Assembly (NCBI RefSeq): GCF_001194135.2 | Contig: NC_068983.1 | Location: 15,273,162 to 15,337,161 of the forward strand | From: Octopus bimaculoides | Lineage: Eukaryota | Length of the DNA stretch: 64,000 nt | Direction of reading: 5' to 3' | Part shown: piece by piece, positions 38,101 through 50,024 of the stretch | How the letters are laid out: each line of letters opens with the position of its first letter | Position numbering within the stretch: the first letter of the stretch is position 1 | Translations under genes and position numbers: made by a program | Notes under the pieces: model-generated | Seen by the model: only the letters and a program-made list of their open reading frames with translations | Database searches by the model: none | Told to the model about the DNA's origin: nothing

Positions 38101-40079
38101 ATATGTATGCATGTATGTGTATACATGTGTGTGTATATGTATATACATAGATATATATATATATATATATATATGTCAAGGGTGTAACCAGCCCACTTAT
38201 GCGTACCTTTCCTTCATTGGACACTAAACTCTGCTTGCGAAGACCTGATGAGGCAAGTGAAATCGAAATTGAATCAAATTCGATGACTGGCAACTGTGCC
38301 TGTGGAGCGCTAAGAGCACCAACCGAACATATTTGCTTGTGTTCGTCTATTGGAATGGTTTTCAACGAGGGTCTATGTGGCCCTTGGTGGTCTATATAAG
38401 AAAGATTTTGTTAAAATTTATCTACAATACACAAAACATTATTACAATTTTTAAAATAAGATTCCTAATAATTGTATCTCTAGGAGAGTCCATCCGAATA
38501 AATTAAGAATCAAAGGTAAAAAATGGTTGAGAAACATTAGTCTGCTCCCTGTGTTTGCTTGTATTCATCTATTTATTTCTTTATTTAAAATAACATATAT
38601 TTTTACATTTATTTATTTAACAGTATTTAACAAATAGGTTTATTGTCAATTAAAAGATTTCGATTAAAAAACATATATAAAATCAGATTGCCCATAAAAA
38701 GTATTTGCTGTCTACGGACCCCGTCGTCCTTGCGGACCACAGTTTGAAAACCCCTGCTCTAGTCTATTTAATTCTTTCTTCTTTATAGTCCTTCTAATAG
38801 TTTATAGCCAAAAAAAACACCTTTAAGTATTCTTTGCATCATTATTTACATCCCTATTGGTTTTGTGTTCAGCCCTTGTNNNNNNNNNNNNNNNNNNNNN
38901 NNNNNNNNNNNNNNNNNNNNNNNNNNNNNNNNNNNNNNNNNNNNNNNNNNNNNNNNNNNNNNNNNNNNNNNNNNNNNNNATATATATACATACATATGTA
39001 TATATATATTGAGAGAGAGGGTGAGATAGAGATAAACACACTGGCCCATGTCATATATACATATATATTTATACATATATACATTTGACAACATGGTCCA
39101 GTGTGTTTTTTTCCTTTTTATTTTTATTTTTAATTTTTTCAAGACTTTGTAGCAGTTCGAACAAACGACGCAGAAGCTTCCGTGGTTAATCGCTGGTGAT
39201 GCTGTTTAGTCCCAGCCTTTCGATTCATATTCCAGTCGCATCCATCACTCCTTTGTACGCAGTATATAAAGGATTCCATTTATTTGGTATTGTTAATGAC
39301 ACACATTGAACCAATCGACCTTGGATGTAATCCCAATAGAACCTTATTGATATTTACCGTTGTATATTAATATTTTTTTTCTGTTATATTTTAAACGACG
39401 AAAAAATTTTTTAACATGAGCTTCCTTGATCAGAGACGACCAGGGGTTAAAACAAACTAAAAGATTGTGTGTTCGCCTGCACGTTTGAATGTTTCTATTA
39501 AACTAAAATAATATTAAAAATTAATAATGTAATGTCATTTTTTAAGGCTGTTGGGTTGTAACCTTAGATTTGACAGCTATTTTTAGCAGGTTGTGCGACT
39601 AGATTGACTCTCTCGTGTGTTCGTTGTTTAAAAACAGGTCAACCCCCATTGGAAAGGCCTATCATTAAAAGTATTCAACCGTAACCATTGTATCTCTGTA
39701 GGAGTATGGTGAACTATAATTATCTCATTATCTGATGTGTCATTCTTCCAAAGACTGTAAGGTGTGATCTGAAGGAAATCTGCCTGCTATTTCTAGCGGA
39801 TTGAATATCATACAGAATAGTCACGGGCAACATGGTTCGCGGAACTTTATGAATGGCACACATAACGAAAAATTACCTTGAATTTATTAATAGTGCGGCC
39901 CGTTTCTCAGAAAAAGGCTGTCCATACCTGATCTAGAAGCTCTCAGGTTGGTTCGTCTTAAGTAATAGATACCGGCTTACATACTTTCTACATCCATCTT
40001 TATTACACAAATAACAATTCTGAATCAATCGAAGTATCAACCTAGCTTTCGATTCCCGATTGTAATCTACTTTTTTTTT

Positions 40080-40290
40080 ATTTTCTGTCACTTACGTTAC
40101 AAAGCCGCTTATAAAGTGTTTGTTTTTGTTTTTTAAATCTCGCTCGCCACTTCTTGCGAGCCGGAGGAGGAGGAGGAAGAGGTGAAGGAATAGTGATGTC
40201 ATGATGCTGATGATGAAATAAATTTCGCCGAGCTTCTTTATATAATCACTTTCAGTTTTGTTTGGCGTGCAATTCGGGAGAAGTACTCCT
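40080..40290 (+). promoter_or_regulatory. Candidate promoter/5'UTR of the plus-strand gene
   Basis: Local CpG/GC enrichment (cgctcgccac, gcgagccgg) and a (GGA)n run upstream of ATG 40481. Confidence 0.35.
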
Positions 40291-40480
40291 TATAATATAA
40301 ATTATTTCCTTACGTTTGTTCATTGGTTCTTTTGCATTTTCTATTCCTTTTACACACACACACACTCATATATATATGTGTATATAGTCTTTGTGCACAG
40401 ATTGTCGATATAAACTGGTTTCATAAACATCAAATTTGTCCTTACTCTATTTGAGTTTATTAGCATCAAACTTCTAAACA

Positions 40481-40499
40481 ATGAGCTCTGATATGGACC
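40481..40499 (+). CDS. Putative first coding exon of an unidentified plus-strand gene (MSSDMD+C)
   Basis: acaATG context followed by a perfect C|gtaagt donor; preceded by a CpG/GGA-rich, promoter-like stretch at ~40080-40290. Confidence 0.45.
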
Positions 40500-41836
40500 G
40501 TAAGTGTAAACAATTTTTCTTTTTCTTTCTTTCTTATCCTGATATTTTTGAATTTACTAATTTTAAATTAGTATATAATTTCATATATTTACTAACTGTT
40601 TTTTTTTTTTTTTCATTTGTGTTCTCTGTTTTGTCCAATTTTCTAATTTATTTTGTAAAACGGTAAACACCGTGAAGGCAATAAAATTTCATATGTTTAT
40701 TGTAAAAAAAAAAATCTATTGTTAAACTTTGTTTTCAACATTTAACATGTAATTCTTGTTATAAAGTTGTCTGCTAGAATTGTTATGTTTGTTTACATTT
40801 TAAGACTTGAAATTGCATAATTTGAACAACACACAAATATGTGTTTATTCATTGAATCATATAATATAGGCAGCTTCTAAGTAACTAAGCTACTGCTTTT
40901 AAAAGGAGGATACATTGTCTGAGAAAGGGAAAACGGTATTGTCGCGACTGGAATACCTTGAATCATAGGGCCTGCCCGACCAAAGCTAACATGGGACCAA
41001 ACAAACAACTGGAATTATAAAATTAAAATAACTGTAAAAGACTGAACTATTTCCTTAAATAATGTCAGTAGACAACATCTTAAAAGATAAACGTAGACAA
41101 ATGTCAATAGTTAAGATATTGAACGTAATTTACGACTAGACTCAAAAGTTCTCCGTAAGAAGTTCGAAGTTAGTTCAACTGATAACGTTCTTAATTATAT
41201 ATTTTTAAAAAATGTAATTTGATGTTAAAGTCTATAGAATGTTACACAACCTATATATTTTTTTTATTTATTTAACTATAATAACGCGTTTTATTAAACT
41301 ATTTTCTGAAATAATCATACCATAAGTATTTTGCACTGGTTGACAGAGCGAATTGTTGATACTGCACATTCTCTCCGATTACTAATTGAAAGCAGCTACA
41401 GCACCGGACTAGATAGATATCAAACAATATTTTTCTATAGTTCTTCCGTACCCGGTTTATCTTTATCGTTCATATCCTTTGGATCGAGAGGAGTAAGAAA
41501 CTAGGGATAGTTTCTAACGATAATTAATCTTTATAGTCCAAAAAGGTGAATATTAACGTCTTCAATTGAATTGAAATTTTAGATGGGTTAAAGTGTTTTG
41601 TCGAAATATAAATGTCTCAACTGGGACATGGTGGGATTAACATGGATTTTTCACGCTGAAATTTCTGTAGAAATTGTTCCTATCATTGTTATGAAACCTA
41701 AAACATACAGCCCTCTCTTTACCGATGTTGGTAGGTATCAACTGTGAAATTATAAGTACTTCATATGGAAAAATGAGATGCTGGTACCAGTGACTTAGAC
41801 CTCTGTAAGCCCAACGCATTAAGGACATATCTACAT

Positions 41837-42044
41837 CAGTGGTTCTCAATCGGAGTCCATGAGATTTTGTTAAAATTTATGATCAAACCACAAGATATTT
41901 TCACAATTTTCTCATATGGTTCCTAACAATATTTAATTCTAAAAATATATTAGGATTTTTTAAACATCGAATGGCTATGAAGGGCCACCCAAGTAAAATA
42001 GGAATCGAAGGGGTCCGTAGATAAAGAATAATTGAGAACCTCTG
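41837..42044. mobile_element. Non-autonomous hAT MITE (related copy at ~38353-38537)
   Basis: TIRs cagtggttctcaa / ttgagaacctctg; flanks atctacat / ctctatat (6/8, central TA). Confidence 0.75.
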
Positions 42045-42316
42045 CTCTATATGATCGTTTGAACTGTTAGCAATAGCAGTTAAATCTCCTTCAGTTTACA
42101 ATCCCATCAACACATTCTTGTTCTCTTTTATTCGCTTTAACTTGTCTCAGTCATTTGACTGCGGCCATGCTGAAGCACCGCCTTTAGTTAAGCAAATCGA
42201 CCCCAGGACTTATTCTTTGTAAGCCTAGTACTTATTCTATCGGCCTCTTTTGCCGAACCGCTAAGTTACGGGGACGTAAACACACCAGCATCAGTTGTCA
42301 AGCGATGTTGGGAAGA

Positions 42317-42362
<46 letters not shown>

Positions 42363-45187
42363 CGACGGGCTTCTTTCAGTTTCCGTCTACCAAATCCACT
42401 CACAAGGCTTAGGTTGGCCTGAGGCTATAGCAGAAGACACTTGCCCAAGGTGCCACGAAGTGGGACTGAACCCAGAACCATGTGCTTGATAAGCAAGCTA
42501 CTTACCACACAGCCACTCCTACGCCTATAAAGTGCTAAAAAATTTTATGATAAGGAAAAAGAAGGGAAAGGATATTAAGCGTTTTGGTGTAACTATGTGT
42601 GTAACCAAACATTAATATCAAATTGTGAAATCCAGTAAGGATAGTTTGATTAGTGTTATATCTACGGTAGGTTATTTAATTTGAGTGTTACTGATAATAC
42701 TAAATAATGCAGTCTTATGTGTAGGAAAAAAAAGAGACAAGGTAGTAATGGTTGGAACGCTTCTGATCGTAGGCCTACTCAATAAGGGCTTGTCCAAAGC
42801 TAAACAACAATAATTTCTGTATATCATTACTCTTGCATATTAGTACTACTTGCTAAAAGGTGGATTTACTTTTCAAGATTACGAAATATTGCAATCCTGA
42901 ACTGTTAACATTTGATGTTCATTTTCCATGATGGCATGAGATGGACGGTTTGACTGGAGCTAGCAAACTGTTCAGGCACCGATTGTCTGTTTTGGCATGG
43001 TTACTACGGCTCAATGGCCTTCCTGACACAACCGCTTCATAGACTGTGCTGGGTACTTTTTTACATGCCACTGGCCTGGGGGCATTTATGTGACATTGAC
43101 ATGAATGCATTGTACGTAGCATTGGCACAAGTGAATGTGGTAACTTTTTAAAAAAATTAGTCTTAGAAAGTTGAAGTGAAAAGAATCAGTAGAGACAAGT
43201 CAGGATTTCTAACATAAGCACAAATTTATACATTATGGAAGAGGGAACTGTAGCTTAAATTAACCCTAGTGCTGGTATTTATTTTATTGATCACGAAAAG
43301 ATTAACGACAAAGTCAACCACTGTGTGATGTGAACTCAGAATATAAAAAAGTATCGTTCGATCGAGGTCGTTGCCATTGCCACTGGACTGGCTCCCGTGC
43401 AGGTGGCATGTAAAAACACCTTTTTGAGCGTGGCCATTGCCAGTATCATGTGACTGGCCCTCGTGCCGGTGGCACGTAAAAGCACCCACTACACTCTCGG
43501 AATGGTTGGCGTTAGGAAGGGCATCCAGCTGTAGAAACTCTGCCAGATCAGATTGGAGCCTGGTGCAGCCTTCTGGCTTGCCAGTCTTCAGTCAAATCGT
43601 CCAACCCATGCTAGCATGGAAAGCGGACGTTAAACGATGATGAGGGCATTTTGTTCAGCACTTGGCCAATTCTACCACTGCATAAGAGAAAAAGAATATA
43701 TATTGGTTGAGAGTAAAAATGTAGGAATAGGCCAAAGATTAGAAACAAAGTTTAGAATATTGAGTATGACCTTTTCATGACTATTGAGACTGGTTAGAAG
43801 GAAGAAAGGAATTTGTTTTCAGACTAAGACCTTGTCTGAATGTATACTTGTATTCAAGGTACTCAAAAACCAGGTGGTGGTGTTATACTAGACATGACAG
43901 ATTATGTTTTCCTAAGAACAAAACAGTCCCTCCAATGAGCTTTCACACAATATATACATAGTCTTGCACTACCTCTTGAAAGATCCTCATAGAAATAACA
44001 CTTTTTTTAATTAATCATATGCATTGATTAGACACATTAAGTGAAATGGCAACAACTGGAGACTGAAACTGTTATAGATTTGTAGGGTAGACATAATAGC
44101 AAAAAAAAAAAAAATCTGTATTTTTAAATATATAGCTTGATGAAAATATATTAAAATATAAGGAAAGGTAACCATGGAAAAATGAATTACAATGAAAGAA
44201 AAAAAAATGCAGAATATAAAGTGGCTGGCATTTGGAAGGGCATCCAGCTGTGAAATCTTATTTCTTTACTGCCCTCAAGGGGCTACACACAGAGGGGACA
44301 AACAAGGACAGACAAACAGATTAAGTCGATTATATCGATCCCAGTGCATAGCTGGTACTTATTTAATCAACCCCGAAAGGGTGAAAGGCAAAGTCGACCT
44401 CGGCAGAATTTGAACTCAGAACATAACGGTAAACGAAATACTGCTGATTTTTTTCGCCCGGCACACTAACGTTTCTGCCAGCTCACCACCTTTGTGGCTG
44501 TGAAATCATGCCAAAACTAACCTTGCCTGTGCTAGTGCCTCATAAAAAGCACTGAGTCCACTCTGCAGAGTGGTTGGTGTCAGGAAGGGCATCCAGCCAT
44601 AAAAACCCTGCCAAAACAGACACAGTAGCCTGGGGTAGCCTTCTACCTGGCTGGCTCCTGTCAACCATCCTACCCATGCATGCATGGAAGACTGACATTA
44701 AACGATGATGATGATGATATATAGAATTTATAATTTATGAATATTACATGAACAGTATTTTGAAAACAAGGTGTTTAATATCTAATTTCATATATATATG
44801 TATATATTTGTGTGTGTATGTGAAATTGATATAAGAAATATAATTTATGATATAAATTTGCAGTTTTATTTTGATTAAAATACCAGCAACTTACAGTAAA
44901 ACCCCTCACTACAATTTGCCTACATTTAGCATCTCTGACTGTCACTCACTCTACTCCATTTGTTTTAGTTTCCCTTTTCCCAATATGACCAACAGGACAC
45001 ATTGCATCTTATCATATACAAGATTAATCTTTCTAATTATTTATATATCCTTTCAATGCAATTAGCTTATGCAAGCTCTCTTTTATCTTAATTGTGTGTA
45101 GTTCCTTGCTCTGTAATTAGAATTGTTAATGTGTTTTTTTTTTTTATTAATTGGTTCAATTAAATCTATTTTTGTTTATTCATATAG

Positions 45188-45238
45188 CTGAAAAAACACT
45201 GAAGTTTCTTGAAGATCTTCACATAGATTTAAATGCTG
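45188..45238 (+). CDS. Putative second coding exon of the plus-strand gene (PEKTLKFLEDLHIDLNA; alternative donor after 45244)
   Basis: Pyrimidine tract + atag| acceptor, G|gtaaag donor; phase-1 compatible with the 40481 exon, giving an amphipathic-looking helix. Family not recognised. Confidence 0.4.
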
Positions 45239-45487
45239 GTAAAGGTTTGTATGTTTTGTTGAGTATGTATATATTATTTTTGATTAGTTTACCTTACATT
45301 TTGGTGGAGTTGAGAAAACAAGTACTGTATTTTCCCATGTATAAGAGGCACTCTTACATGAGACAAACCCCTATTCTTTTGTGGAAAAAACAAATTTAAT
45401 ATTTCATCTTCCACACAGCATCACATCTCTAATACAGTTGCATTAAACATGTGGCAATTTTTTGTTCCATTAAAAATTTTTTTTTTA

Positions 45488-45580
45488 AAGTACATCTTAT
45501 ACACCGGCATATACAGTACATCTTATACACTGGCATATAAGATGTACATAAAAGTACATCTTATACACCGGCATATACAT
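45488..45580. repeat. Three copies of a ~25-bp unit (agtacatcttatacaccggcatata)
   Basis: Direct repeats visible in the sequence, one separated by a short spacer. Confidence 0.8.
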
Positions 45581-46676
45581 AATAATATTCTTGAATTAAG
45601 AGAATTCATTATGCCCTGTCCTGTACAGAAATGATCTTATGTTTTTGAAAAGGTAAATTCTTTATTAATAAGCTAATGTTGATAAATTTTCAAACTAAAC
45701 ATTAAATTGTACAGATTTCACCTGTTGTGGAATACCTTCAAATGAGTCATATGTACTCTACTTCCTTATCTAAGTTGTGACAAAGGAGTAATTCACTTGT
45801 AGAAGTTGTTACTCTAATAATTTACGGCTATCCCAAAGTAAAGCAGTAGATTAAATAGAAACATCACGTATTTTAAAACGAACAATAGAAAATAAAAGTC
45901 TGCCCACAAGATCTGTATATGACAAATATTACAGATAAATCTTTGTCAATACGGAAGAGGTGTAAATTTTAAATAGGCTTGCTGTTGCTCTCTTAATATT
46001 CTTGCTACACCCTTTCCTACTGCTACTCTTTCTTTTACTAACTTGTACTTTTTCTAATGCTACTACAATTCTTTCTATTACTCTGAATTTATAAGTTGTT
46101 ACTACAACTGGTAAGTTACTACCAAACAATGTAACTGTCCTTTCCTACTGTACCTCATTTTCCAGACTCTGTGCTAAACACTCATCCAAGAATGAAAACC
46201 TTCTGAAACATGCTCCCTGCCCACATCTTCCTTGCAACTATGAAACAAAAGTTGTATTGAATTTTTAATTCCATAAACCATCAGATGCAATACTCAGACA
46301 CACCAGTGAGTCTAAGATGCAATGTTCAGACACGTCAGTGAGAGTTCACATTCACGCTTACTCAACTGGTGAAAAATAGCCACTTCATCTATGCTAAATC
46401 ACACTGCGCCATCTTAAATAATGAATGATTCATTGGAAAATGTAGTCCATGATATACAGAAAGACAAGATGGTCACAGCTGGAACACTTTTTATCATATG
46501 TATACTTGCTTAGAGTTGAACCATTGTTTAAACAATAATAACCAGTGCAAAGGAGCGAAGGATATGACCACGGTCCATTTTCCTTGAGCTGTATAATAAT
46601 ATATTTTACAAATCGTCCAACCCATGCTAGCATGGAAAGCGGACGTTAAACGATGATGATGATGATGATGATGATG

Positions 46677-46851
46677 ATATTTTCATCGAGCTGTATAATA
46701 ATATATTTTAATATATTTTCATCAAGCTATATAATAATATATTTTGATATATTTTCATCAAGCTATATAATAATATATTTTAATATATTTTCATCGAGCT
46801 GTATAATAATATATTTAAATATATTTTCATCGAGCTATATAATATATTTAA
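46677..46851. repeat. 36-bp minisatellite, 5 units
   Basis: Unit atattttcatcgagctgtataataatatattttaat starts at 46677, 46713, 46749, 46785 and 46821. Confidence 0.92.
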
Positions 46852-48570
46852 AAATACAGAATTTTTTTTTTTGCTATTATGTCTGCCCTACAAATCTATA
46901 ACAGTTTCAGTTTCCAGTTGTTGCCATTTCACTTAATGTGTCTAATCAATGCATATGATTAATTTAAAAAATGTGTTATTTCTATGTTTATGTCACATTG
47001 TAAGCTTTTCAGACGAGGTCACATAGAACTGAAAAGAGTAATAATTTACAGTGTTGCAGATCCACTGAGCCCATCCCAGTATGAATAAATAAATATTAAG
47101 CATTAAAACTCGATGATGTTCATCATTGTTGTTGTTAGCGCTTAGCTTTCGAATCAACTTTGATGACAAACCTAATATCAAAATCATTCAAGCTATAATC
47201 ATCCTGTCTAATTTTCATGAAATAAGCTGTTTGGCTAAGATAGGGTGTAGTAGTTTTTCAACAAAAATGTCACCTCATCCATATTATCAAATGTATGTAT
47301 TCTTTTTAAAGAAGGTAGTGTGTTATTTTAGGAAATTTGGTTGTGACTTCTAGCATCCATATCTCCTGTGTAGTTGAGCTACCATGAAGAGGTTCTTTCG
47401 TTGACCTGTTTATGATGATGATGATGAGGAGGAGGAGGAGGATGGTAATATCTGAATAGACCATAATCTCTCACTCAGCAATTTTCACTGTTAGAATTAT
47501 AACTTTGGGCAAGTTTTTGTAGGCTGACACAATTTAGCTATTGAACGCTAGCGCTTTACTGTTACTTGGGTTCATCTCAATTTCCTAGAAAATGAATTAG
47601 GTAGAAATACTGGTTGTTTGAGAATAGTATTCAAAACAACTAATATGTTGATTTATTTTGTTATTTATTTATCTCACTATTTTTAGCATTTTATTTCATT
47701 AATCTCCTAAAATAGTAAATTTCAGTTTATCTTTCCCTTTCTTTTCTTTGTCTTTTGATAAGAAAAAAAAGAGAAAAAATGATTAACATAGATTTCTTTT
47801 AACATTTAAAGATTTTAAAAGTTGGTCTAATATATTTTGATTTTCTATACGTTTTCACTGTTAACACTTTTTGAACTGACTTGTGTTACCTTCTATTATT
47901 AATTCCGTTCACATTTAAGATGTCTTATAGCAGTGGTTTCCAAACTCAGATTAATTACCCCACCTTGGGTAAAATCCATATTTGGCTGGGATAATATCAG
48001 TGATGCAAGGATAAGTACTTTACCAATTCTGCCAACCCAATGCTTTCTTCCACGCTTTTGCTTTCTCCCAAATGACTGCATAATAGTAGAAGAAATAGCA
48101 GTAGTAATAATAACAATGATAATAATGATGATGATGATGATTTCCTAAGCACAAGGCCTCAAATTTGGGTCGGGTGTTGCCAATTTAATAAACTCCAGTA
48201 CTTGACATGTACTATACTATAACCCTAGTATATGACAGGTACTGTATTTTATTGATTCCGGAAGGATGAAAGACAAAGTTGACTTTGATTAGGATTTTAA
48301 ATAATAACAGGTCACAAATTCTTGGTGAGATTTGAGCTCAGAAGTTAGAGTAAAAATAATAACTCTATATAATTGCTACCCTATAAAATAATACAAATTT
48401 AGCTGGATCACTACCAAATAATATAACACAACGCATATTCTACACCATCAATGCCCAATAAAATAGTACAACGCATGTGCTTGCATAAATGATACCCAGC
48501 ACTAAGACACCAATAATTCACATTTATCACCTGTCAATATAACCCAACCCACACAGCACATACTCCACAC

Positions 48571-48851
48571 CATTGGCCCCTAACTGTTGGGCTGCAGACC
48601 AACCAGATCATGTATCATTTGAAACAGGGTTACAAAGAAAGAATAGATTTTAAAATTTTATTTCTACTTTATTGACTATCACAGTCTGAAGGGCATTTTT
48701 GCATTATATATGTAATATGGGTGTCTTGTATATGCTGTAACTAAATTATATATTATGCATTTTGTGTTTTGTTATGCACGTGATCCCCTGGTCCATGAAA
48801 AACTGTCTTGCATGATACCAGTCTGTGGTGCAAAAAAGTTGGGAACTGCTG
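48571..48851. mobile_element. Decayed hAT MITE, MER1/Charlie3-like
   Basis: Left cattggcccctaac; right ..aaaaactgtcttgcatgataccagtctgtggtgcaaaaaagttgggaactgctg; flanks ctccacac / ctctatgc. Confidence 0.6.
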
Positions 48852-49666
48852 CTCTATGCAATCACTGGCCAATACTAAAACACAACACCAATCTCATAGC
48901 ATGTATAAAATATGAACCCTGCCTAACAAAATAACACAGTTCACATTGTCCATGCTCTACACAACAGATGGAAAACTAAAATAATGTTGAAACAACAAAA
49001 CTGATTTAGAAGTCAAACTAAATTCTATATTCTGCACATACATTCATCATCATCATCATTTATTGTTTTAAATCTGGGTTTTGTCCCCATTAACGGTGGT
49101 GGCCAGATCTACCTCAGTGCCATAGCAACTGAGGTAGGTAGGTGCAGCCCACCCCAACCTTTGGGCTGGCTGGTGCCCATTCTCCTTTGCTATCATGAGG
49201 CTTTTTTGGAACTGGATTTCCTACATTGAGCATGCATTTGCTTACTCCAAACCTCAGTTTCTAGACACAAGTGGTCCTGAGACCAAGGCCTCTACCACGA
49301 TTTTTAAGAAATGTGGTGGAAAATTAGCTCAGGAAGGCAGGGATGCTACTTCCTGAGACCCCTTTCAGAGCCCCACTGCATACGTTAGAAACACTAAATT
49401 ACACCTAGTGGTAAAAACTCTCATAAAACTGTTTAAAATATGATAAACTATAATAACAGCTTCAACCATAGTAATAATAATAAAAGAATTGAACCCACAG
49501 TCTTATGACTGTGAACCCAATGCCTAATCACAAGGCCATATACCTTCAATAATAATTCAATAATTCTTTCCTAACAGCTGGATGCATTTAACATCACTCC
49601 GACTTGAAGTTATAAAAGGTTCTCTCAAAATATTTTATATATTTTATTAGACAGTTTCTTTACTAG

Positions 49667-50024
49667 GACTCGTATTCATCATCAACAATGCATGCTGTAA
49701 AGGATAGCCTTTTGTCTGCTCAAGATATGCCGATACAAAAGAGAACACATCGAAAATATTATGCAGAGTCAAGACAAAGAATGCGGTGGACAAAGGAAAT
49801 GAATTTAGATATTGTCCTCTGCTACTTCAAGGCCATTATAAATTCTTCCACATCATACAGGCGATCAATGCATCGAAACTGGAAAGAACTATATCCTGAT
49901 ACAACCTTCACCGAACAAAGAATAGCTGATCAGAAAAAACAAATATTCAGCCATGCAAATAATACCAGCACACTCAGTAACAGAGGACATTGGTTGACAA
50001 ACTTAGAAGTCGAGGCTATAAAGT
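49667..50024 (+). mobile_element. N-terminal domain fragment of an R4/Dong-clade non-LTR retrotransposon (uninterrupted ORF)
   Basis: ORF 49688..50245 carries RMRWTKEMN..CYFKA..YRRSMHRNWKELYP..TEQRIADQKKQI..LTNLEVEAIK, a pattern I recognise from R4/Dong-type ORFs. Confidence 0.65.

Larger units (their letters stand above)
29024..38756 (+). mobile_element. hAT superfamily (Buster/Charlie-type) DNA transposon interval with nested insertions
   Basis: Left TIR cagtgtttctcaaactg..gtccgc; right TIR (reverse complement) caggggttttcaaactg..gtccgc; flanking 8-mers ctctagtg (29016-23) and ctctagtc (38757-64), 7/8 identical with a central TA; internal transposase remnants. Confidence 0.75.
1206..38979. 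other. Assembly gaps (N): 1206-1859, 3242-4221, 13760-14721, 15567-16225, 23740-24087, 34787-34796, 36015-36559, 38880-38979
   Basis: N runs; most abut repeat copies or homopolymers. Confidence 0.99.

Noticed and set aside
38245-38268. CTGATGA...GAAA hammerhead-like core in a family A copy
   Set aside because: No adequate stem II or flanking stems; other copies read ctgttga/ctgttgg, so the motif is a chance variant.
875-39142. Long ORFs in the track filled with X (e.g. 875..1903, 3183..4352, 13616..14941, 15492..16332, 35693..36644)
   Set aside because: Artefacts of translating N gaps; the flanking residues are repeat sequence.
45188-45399. Assignment of the plus-strand gene as MON2 (PE..K.LE....DL.A similarity)
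   Set aside because: The expected continuation (LSxExKKKxPxVKE) is absent and the splice phase does not obviously fit; no symbol given.
46677-46851. 36-bp periodic array superficially CRISPR-sized
   Set aside because: The units are contiguous with no unique spacers, there are no cas genes, and the context is eukaryotic.
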